Part shown: positions 46,711 to 54,906 of the stretch, in pieces
Layout of the letters: each line of letters starts with the position of its first letter
How positions within the stretch are numbered: the stretch's first letter is position 1
Assembly (NCBI RefSeq): GCF_001194135.2
Contig: NC_068986.1
Location: 4,787,467-4,842,372, forward strand
Reading direction: 5' to 3'
DNA from: Octopus bimaculoides
Taxonomy: Eukaryota
DNA length: 54,906 nucleotides
Program-made: the position numbers and the translations under genes
The notes under the pieces: model-generated
Database searches by the model: none
What the model saw: only the letters and a program-made list of their open reading frames with translations
Told to the model about the DNA's origin: nothing

Positions 46711-48799
46711 TGTACTGGAAGTTTTTACATAGTACCAGTACCAGTGCTTTATATGTAACACCAGCACCAGTGCTCTATCTGTGGCACCAGCATGGGTGCT
46801 TACATTCTACTCTTCAAACTCTCTGAGTGGAGAATGTATTCATGGTAAAAAAAAAGGCAATAATAAGACTATAACTAAAGTGTTAAAGTGAATTTATTTA
46901 GGCATATATATTCTTAATGATGACAAGAATAAAATGACAAAGAAACCTCACAATAGAGATTGTGAAATTAATGGAGTCGGCAGAAAATTCAGGTGCAGAA
47001 AAAAAAAAACACAGAAGACAGGGAATAAATCAATTAAGGACACAAGTGTGAGGAAAGTTGTGAGAGATGTGGAGATAATTGCTGAAAGCATCAGATTTAA
47101 CAGTAGAGGTAAATGTCAAAGACATCAGATATTGAAAACATAGATTAAGATGGTGGCATAGTAGATGTAAGTTAAGTTCTTTAGATTAGTGAAATAATGT
47201 TACCGTTGATGACTGTTGAAGCTGTGTTGTTGTTGTTGTTGTTAATAAAAATGATTTCTTTTTATTATCAACTTTTACAAAATTGAGGATTAGATGGTAG
47301 AAATTAGCCAATCCTCAAATTATAGAAAGATCAAAAAGAACCAAACCAAAATTATTAGAATAAAAATAGATGCAAGCATGGTTGCATAGCTTCTATTATG
47401 ACGACATGGTTTCACATTCCATCCTCCTACAGAACATCTTGGACAAATGTTTCCTACTAAAACCTCAAGCTGACCAATGCTTTGTAAGTAAAATTTCATA
47501 AGAACAAATATCTGGAGTAAATAGCATAATAGTGTATACCAATGGTTTGGAAATTAATGGCAAATAAATTATGCATACTGGTCAATATAATGGTATGATT
47601 ATTATTATCTATGATAGAGAATGATTTGGGAGAGTGTGATACAGATTTGGAAATTGGCACTGGATTGAGATGGTTGGGAAGATGTTCTATCACAGACCCA
47701 TCTGACTAGAATGGAAAGTCTGACATTAAAAGACAACAATAATGATGACGATAACATTGACTAAAATCAAGTTTTATCTCTCATGCAGACACCAAAGTAC
47801 ACTAAATTTCAGAAATAACTAGCCAGATCAGGTTTAGCTAAACATTTGATCTCCTAAATCTTTAAGAAAATAGTTGTATGTGTTATCTCTCTTCGATTAC
47901 TTTTTTTTCAAGAGAGTTATAATGTAATATTTCACATATTTTTAAAATATTTTCCTCAATCCCTTGTCATTTCATTTAAAACTAAATTTTATTTCTGATA
48001 TTAGCAATATGTTTTTGCATACAAATCAAAATTTTATGAGATTTATCATTATTTTTACACGATTTATTAAAAATTTTGTTTGTTTTTATGTAATTTTCAG
48101 TTATTGTTCTCAACTGTTGGTATTGTGTTGTTTTTCATTTCTTTGTTTATTTAATTATTACTTCAAATTATGTTTATTTTTACTTCCTCTCAAGGGATTT
48201 CAATGTAAATTTACAAATATCTTTAATCTTAAGAACAAATTAGTTTTTGTTTTTCATTGTAATTTATTTATAAAAAAAAAACAACAAAGTTGTCATATAT
48301 TTCACTGTGTCTAAATATTTTTGAAAATTAGTTTTTGTTTTAAAACGTGATCACTGAGATGCACAATGTAATCTAAAGCACTAATACGAAGAATAATCTA
48401 CTGCCAATCTAAACGTAGACCTCTCATCTCAAAATTAAACAACTATGAATTCATGAAATTGACAACTTTTTTCTCAAATTATGTTAGTTACATAACCTTG
48501 ATCAAGTTGTTTGTGATTATTATAAAAATTACAATATCGTAAAGATAGTTTTGTAAGAGGTCACCTCTGTATGACCCTCTTCGAGTTTCAAGTATACTAA
48601 TCAGGTATATTGAATAGATCACAATTACCGACAGCAATTGTATCAACAACAGACAGATTTCATATAACAGTCTAGTTTTACCAAGTTTTATTTTCCTATT
48701 TGTTCACCTACAACTGAAACTGTCATTACATAACTTCTCTATTATATTGATATGTCAATTATGGCATCATCTATAGACAATTATCAAACTTTAAAAATC

Positions 48800-49445
48800 A
48801 AGGATGAGGCCAGCTGTGTGAAGAAGTGCCGATCTCTAACAATAGAAGGAACCTGTGGAAGAGGTAAACCCAGGATGACAGAGAACAAGGTGGTGGAGCA
48901 TGATCTCTGAATGCTGGGCGTCACAGAGGCAATGACAAGTGACTGAGACTTTTGGTGATATGCCATGCTTGAGAAGATATCCAGTAAAGTGAAATTGTAA
49001 TCATTGCCAATGCCGGTGCCACATAACTGGCACCCATGCCAGTGGCACATAAAAACCACCCTTCGAACATTGAGCCTCATGGAGGTGATGACAAATGACC
49101 AAGACCTTTGGCAATATGTTGTGCCTGAGAAGACTTGTCAAACCAAATGAAATCGTAGTCATGGTCAATGCTGGCATCACATAACTAGTGCTTGAGAAGA
49201 CTCACCATGCCTAGTGAAATTGTAGTTGTGGCTGATGATAGTGTCATATAACTGACACCTGTGTGGGTGGCACATAAAAAGAAGCACCCATTACACTCTT
49301 GGAGAGGTTGATGTAAAGAAGGGCATCCAGCTGTAGAAACCCTGCCAAATCAGACTGCAACTTGTTACAGCTCTTCAGCTTACCAGTTTCGGTCAAACTG
49401 TCCAACCCATGTCAGTATGGAAAAAAGACTCTAAATGATGACGAG
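48800..49445 (+). mobile_element. 5'-truncated RTE LINE: coding end, repeated 3' UTR blocks and tail
   Basis: GTCGRGKPRMT..KVVEHDL*MLGVTEAMTSD*DFW.YA.LEK, three gtgaaattgta...cacataactg blocks, and tail gaagggcatccagctgtagaaac. Confidence 0.8.
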
Positions 49446-49454
49446 AATCATCAC

Positions 49455-49845
49455 CATTTTAACATCCACTTTTTCAGGCCAGACAAAAAATTTATTGCGG
49501 CTTATTTTTACCAGCTGGATGCTCTTTCTGTCACCAGCCCTCACCCATTTGCAAGTAAGGAAATATTTTCCCATGACCAGATATGTTTTCACAGAAGATT
49601 GGAAACAAAGGACTCTGCTTGTATGATGATAACACTTCCTGACATTTGTCTTTCAATGTCAAGGCAACAAGACAGTAACACACACACACACACACAGTAG
49701 TTTCTTTTCTTTTCCATCTACCAAATCATCTCACAATGCTTTGGTTAGCCACTTAGCAGAAGACACTTCCCTAAGGTACCACACAATAGCACTGAACCTA
49801 GAACCTTGTGGTTGGGATGCAAACTTCTTACTATGCCTGCACCTA
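49455..49845 (-). mobile_element. SINE (head, core, (CA)n, tail type 3)
   Basis: Head and core at 49700-49845 match the 21.9-kb copy. The tail matches 31195-31440 and 45440-45660. Confidence 0.7.
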
Positions 49846-50816
49846 AATGGAAAATAATATTTACCACTATAAAATCAATGAAGGTAGTTGAATACTAGAA
49901 TACTAGAATACTGGTTTGGTTGTTATAATGGTATAAAGCGCACAGTCATGGCTGTGTAGTTAAGAAGCTCACATTACAACAGTAGTGTTTCAAGTTCAGT
50001 CCCAATGCTTCAGTAAAATTTGATAGATGAAATTTGTAAGAAAGCCTATGAGAGCAGCCATTCCCATTTTGGGATGATAGACTTAATCTGTTGCCCTCTT
50101 TGACATCACCACTTAACTACCTTTAGCAAAGACAATTCTGCTACAACCATTTAAAGTTTGAAGTCACTCCAGTCTGAAGATAATTTTGCCCTTTCCTTCT
50201 ATCAGTCTTAAAGGCCCTAAATTGGGTCAGTGGTGCTGTCCTTTCTCCTCTGACAAAAATCAATAGAAAAAGAAAATTTAATCATTCATTTAATTGCTCA
50301 CCGATCTGTGTTTCAGTTCTGTTTGAATTTACTTTTGGCATTCATCCTACCAAAGCAGACAAAATAATTAGGAATTGTAAAGTGATTCTAACTCTTCCAT
50401 ACAAAAAACAAACCAACCTAGAATTCACTGAAAGAAAGAAATATTTATGACTAATTTTTAAAATTATTTCTGAGGATTGAGTCAACTCCTATTTAATTTG
50501 TGGTATCAGATCATCAATATTTTGTCCTTAAACAATTCCATGAAGAGAGAGAGAGAGAGAGGGAGAGAGAAACTGACAGACGGACAGGCAGACAGTAATG
50601 GGATTGGTATTGCTTAAAATATATCGTACAAAGGTACTGTAAACAATGAAAGAGTAACTAAACAATATTATAAGAATATTATACCAGACTTAAAAAGATA
50701 TAGGGGTCAGAGTTCCCCTCATACAACAAGACAATATACCACAATGCATTTGCAATACCTCTACCGATACTAACGTTGGAATACTTGACTAGTTTATAGA
50801 AGAATTCCACTTCATA

Positions 50817-51497
50817 GATCCTAACATCAACTGATCCTAACATCAACTGATCCTAACATCAACTGATCCTAACATCAACTGATCCTAACATCTAAACCCA
50901 CAAGATCCTAACATCAACTGATCCTAACATCAACTGATCCTAACATCAACTGATCCTAACATCAACTGATCCTAACATCAACTGATCCTAACATCAACTG
51001 ATCCTAACATCNNNNNNNNNNNNNNNNNNNNNNNNNNNNNNNNNNNNNNNNNNNNNNNNNNNNNNNNNNNNNNNNNNNNNNNNNNNNNNNNNNNNNNNNN
51101 NNNNNNNNNNNNNNNNNNNNNNNNNNNNNNNNNNNNNNNNNNNNNNNNNNNNNNNNNNNNNNNNNNNNNNNNNNNNNNNNNNNNNNNNNNNNNNNNNNNN
51201 NNNNNNNNNNNNNNNNNNNNNNNNNNNNNNNNNNNNNNNNNNNNNNNNNNNNNNNNNNNNNNNNNNNNNNNNNNNNNNNNNNNNNNNNNNNNNNNNNNNN
51301 NNNNNNNNNNNNNNNNNNNNNNNNNNNNNNNNNNNNNNNNNNNNNNNNNNNNNNNNNNNNNNNNNNNNNNNNNNNNNNNNNNNNNNACTTCATAGATCCT
51401 AACATCAACTGATCCTAACATCAACTGATCCTAACATCAACTGATCCTAACATCAACTGATCCTAACATCTAAACCCACAAGATCCTAACATCAACT
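50817..51497. repeat. 16-bp minisatellite (GATCCTAACATCAACT)n with an 11-bp interruption, spanning gap 51012-51386
   Basis: Exact 16-nt periodicity; interruption taaacccacaa at 50893-50903 and 51471-51481. Confidence 0.95.
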
Positions 51498-52433
51498 GTA
51501 AATTTCCTCAGAAACAGTGATGTTAACAGGAAAGAGCCTTAAGATCAATATAGACATGATATCACAATAGGCAACATCTGTATAAGGAACAGCAGCAAAA
51601 ATAAATATGTAAACTCATTACTGAAAAGTGAACATCTCATGAGTTGGTGGAGAACTCCTCATGAAATCATCATGTTTATCTGTTGAGGTGACGTGGATCA
51701 TCTCATCCTCCTCAACTTATGACTTTTGCAGTGACCTTGTTGAAAGTGAAGATTTGCTCACCATCAACCTCACTCTCACCCCTGATCATTTTGAGTCCAG
51801 TGTCCTAGTCTTGCTCTCTACACTTCTCAACACATTGCTAAAATTGACTTCCTTTTTGTTGAACCATGGTCTCTTCCACAGAGTTTGCCTGATCAATCTT
51901 CACCAAGAGTTACATACCCATTGGCTAATCTCAAGAAATACATCCTGATGGCCTCTCACAAACTTGTAAGTGTAAGGCTGGTGTACCTCAGTAAAGATTT
52001 GTAAGAGAAATACTTTTCCTACCACAAAAACGTTATGCTTGAGTATGTTTTCTGTAAGCTTAAGGAGGATGACAATATCAACATGAAGTGTAGTTTCTCC
52101 AAACTCATGGCCACTATACCACGTAACATCTTGAAGGCTATACTAAGCAACTGAAGAGCAGGTGACAGCTATGAAATGCTTCATGAACAAATAAATGCAA
52201 CCATAAATATCAATTATGTCACTCTTCCCTGGAGAACATAACATGTATGATTAGTAGTTGCCGAAAGAGACACTGGATCCTATCAAACAATTCAACCCAT
52301 GCCAGCATCATGGAAGACAGGTATTAAACGATGATGACAATATATATATGCATGTGTAAATATATGTATGTATATATGTGTACGTATGTATATGTATGTG
52401 CATATATCTAATATCTATAAAATTGAAATTTTC

Positions 52434-52485
<52 letters not shown>

Positions 52486-52711
52486 TGTGTGTGTGTCTTT
52501 GTGTATGTGTGTACAAAAATTTGATGTACCTCAATAACTTCTACATCTTTCATTCAATTTCTTTAAAATTTAATACACAGCTACTTCATGTCCCAGACCC
52601 AAACTTTGGCTACTTAGACTTTAAAAAATTTATATTCGGGCCTCTAGAGCGATGGGAAACCAACAATAGATGTTTCCTATTCATTTGCATTAATCAGCTG
52701 TTTTATAATCT

Positions 52712-53068
52712 GTAGGATCTTCCATACTTTTTTAATCTTTTTATAAAAGTGAAAAGATTTTGTCTACTTATTTATTGCCACTGTCCACCAGCAATGGTGA
52801 TTAAATTGACTAGGAAAACTGAACGTATACATTTCCACAATTCTCAACCCATTTTCACCAACCTTTACATGCACATTACTTAAGTCGCAAGGATGGTCAA
52901 GCACTAAACATTTTGGCCAGAGCTCCTGTGTAAAGGGACCTAAAGGGACATAGCTTTTTATATGTAGGGTCTTCTATACTTTTTCAATCTTTTTATAAAA
53001 ATGAAAGGATTTTGTCCATTTATTTATTTTGACTGTCCACCTGCCACGGTGATTAAACTGACTAGGAA
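52712..53068 (+). repeat. Diverged ~105-bp direct repeat (about 52712-52820 and 52965-53068)
   Basis: cttccatacttttttaatc...actgtccacc...ggtgattaaattgactagg vs cttctatactttttcaatc...actgtccacc...ggtgattaaactgactagg. Confidence 0.7.
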
Positions 53069-54019
53069 CACAGTACACGATGAATATCCAATACCAAACA
53101 ATCTTATTCTCCACATTTAAACTGCATTAAAATTTGGCAAGCTTACCTTTACCTAGTCTGAGTTACTTGAAAGGTGATGTTCTCTTCCCTCTCTTCTATT
53201 TGTTGATAGCTTTGTTTACCTACCAATACGTTGTTTCACTTTAAGGATGCTTATTTACTTATCCATTATATTTCAACTGTTGTCCATTGTTTCAAATACA
53301 TTTTAGCATTGTGGTTCTAGCCTTTTTTAAACAATAACATATGATTCATCCCAAAGAATCAACCTTTGAATAAGAGTTCTGCTTCCACTAACAAAAGCTA
53401 TACGTATCTTTCAGAAAGCCCCATACCACTTTAACTTTATGCAGCATTCACTGTTAGTTTATGTGCAGGCTATGTGAGAAGACAGAATAAAGGGGCTTTT
53501 GTTAGCTTATCTCTCCAAAACAATAGTTTCCTTTGCAGTTGAAAAAAATAAACTGGCAGAGGGGAAGTTTCAATGTCTTCCTTCAATTTCACTACACCAT
53601 TTATGTGACTGTTTCTGACAAGAAATTTTGCTTCCACATAAAACAACTGTATTTTGTAGTCATTATCCATAATTTTCTCCCAAAACACTTCAGTAGCTCT
53701 ACTTTGCATCACTTGCAAACTAATGTGTTCTATGATCATTAAAGTACAATGACCTCCACAATAACCAGCCTTCAATTTGATCTTCCGTTCCTAGGTTAAT
53801 CAGAAACATAGCTTGCCATACTACTCATAAACCTTGGTAGTTCAATTATTTGGTGAAAAACATACCACCAAAGCAACTTAATCCATTCAAAGGACACATA
53901 CATACATACATGCATGCATACACGCGATGAAAAAGAGCTTTGACCTAGATACAACATTTTCAAAGGATGTAAGGTTGGAGTTTGGTAAGGATAGCGTTAT
54001 ATGGTTGTGAAAAGGGGGA

Positions 54020-54780
54020 AAACTATAAACCAGTCTAGTAACATCTCCATCGATGATTTGACTATTTACCCTGTATCTGACAAGGAATGTTACGGGTATC
54101 TAGGGGTGGATTGAAATGTATCTTGCAATGGCATCTGTAACAAAACATGTGTCACTAAAGAATATCGCAGCCAAATAAAGAAAATTTGAACCTCAGATTT
54201 CTCTGCATTCAATAAAACAGTGGCCCACAATGTGTTTACAGTGCCAGTTCTCATGCCAACATTTGGGCTGCTTGACTGGACATTTGATGAGATTCAAGCC
54301 ATTGATGTGAAAATACTAACAAGCACACATAATTTCCACATAAACAGTGACATTGACCGCCTCTACCTAAAACGAAAACAAGGCAGCAGAGGCTTAACAT
54401 CAAACTAAAATGCCTTTGAATGTCGTGTCATATTCCTCCGGCAACATCTTTTGACCACCAAGTGTCGAAGTGCATCCCTCGACCAAGTTTGCATACATGA
54501 GGCTGATAACATCATAAGACTTGGAAGGTAGCTCCTTGAGCAACACTCAGCTGTAGAAATGGGTTACAACGTCACTGGTGCCAAGTTGTGTCAGCCTTTG
54601 CCTTTCCCTTGGATGATAATGGTGGCGTGGAGAGGAGAGGCTGATATGCATGGGCGACTGCAGGTCTTCCATAAAACAATTCAAGGTTGTATGTTCACTA
54701 GTGAGGTGACTATCTGCCCAGACTTGTACCCTGGAGGGAACCTCTTAGATGCACCCATGGTCATTCATGACCGATAGAGT
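54020..54780 (+). mobile_element. R4/Dong-like non-LTR retrotransposon RT C-terminal/thumb fragment
   Basis: YGYLGVD...KEYRSQIKKI*TSDLSAFNKTVAHNVFTVPVLMPTFGLLDWTFDEIQAIDVK...NFHINSDIDRLYLKRKQGSRGL. Confidence 0.8.
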
Positions 54781-54785
54781 TGAGC

Positions 54786-54825
54786 TATATATATATATAT
54801 ATATATATATTCAAATATGTATGTG

Positions 54826-54872
<47 letters not shown>

Positions 54873-54906
54873 ATATGTATGTATATATATATATATATAT
54901 ATATAT
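54786..54906. repeat. (TA)n microsatellite with an internal duplicated tcaaatatgtatgt block
   Basis: Directly visible. Confidence 0.95.

Noticed and set aside
50817-51497. Regular 16-bp repeats as a CRISPR array or telomere
   Set aside because: The units are contiguous with no unique spacers, there are no cas genes, the context is eukaryotic, and the unit is not TTAGGG-like in tandem.
51550-52200. Coding-like composition; the minus frame LKLTENILKHNVF...LLQI faintly resembles Penelope RT
   Set aside because: The following motifs (G.AMG, RYIDD) are absent, so the similarity is too short to assign.
53140-53800. 101-aa minus ORF and nearby gtaaag/gtaag donor-like sites
   Set aside because: No family motif was recognised, and candidate exon frames contain stops.

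Overview
AT-rich eukaryotic DNA from a gapped scaffold (8 N-gaps). It is almost entirely transposon relics, SINEs and microsatellites. The SINE/RTE repeat families and the (TA)n/(CA)n/(GAT)n density look like a cephalopod (Octopus-like) genome; this is inference from pattern recognition. I could not support any host protein-coding exon, rRNA, true tRNA gene or CRISPR array, and most ORF-track entries are microsatellite or N-gap read-through. Recognisable elements: a Helitron (minus strand, intact CTAG/hairpin 3' end, Rep domain deleted) set head-to-head with a near-complete Merlin/IS1595-family DDE transposase gene, with a 121-bp nested palindrome between them; a mariner relic with TIRs; a pogo/Tigger relic with nested insertions; Penelope-like relics, one ending in a type I minimal hammerhead ribozyme fold; a Ty3/Gypsy gag-pol relic with a tRNA-Phe-like PBS; RTE, R4/Dong-like and CR1/Jockey-like LINE fragments; several MITEs; and many tRNA-derived SINEs. 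Best leads: (1) the Helitron-Merlin composite at 7.3-12.1 kb, (2) the CCGAUGA-core hammerhead at 13706-13760, (3) a TSD-flanked SINE with an inverted 5' head (twin-priming-like) at 25484-25872, (4) a 240-bp near-identical local templated duplication at 16661/18398. All alignments and translations were done by eye, so boundaries given as approximate may be off by tens of bases.
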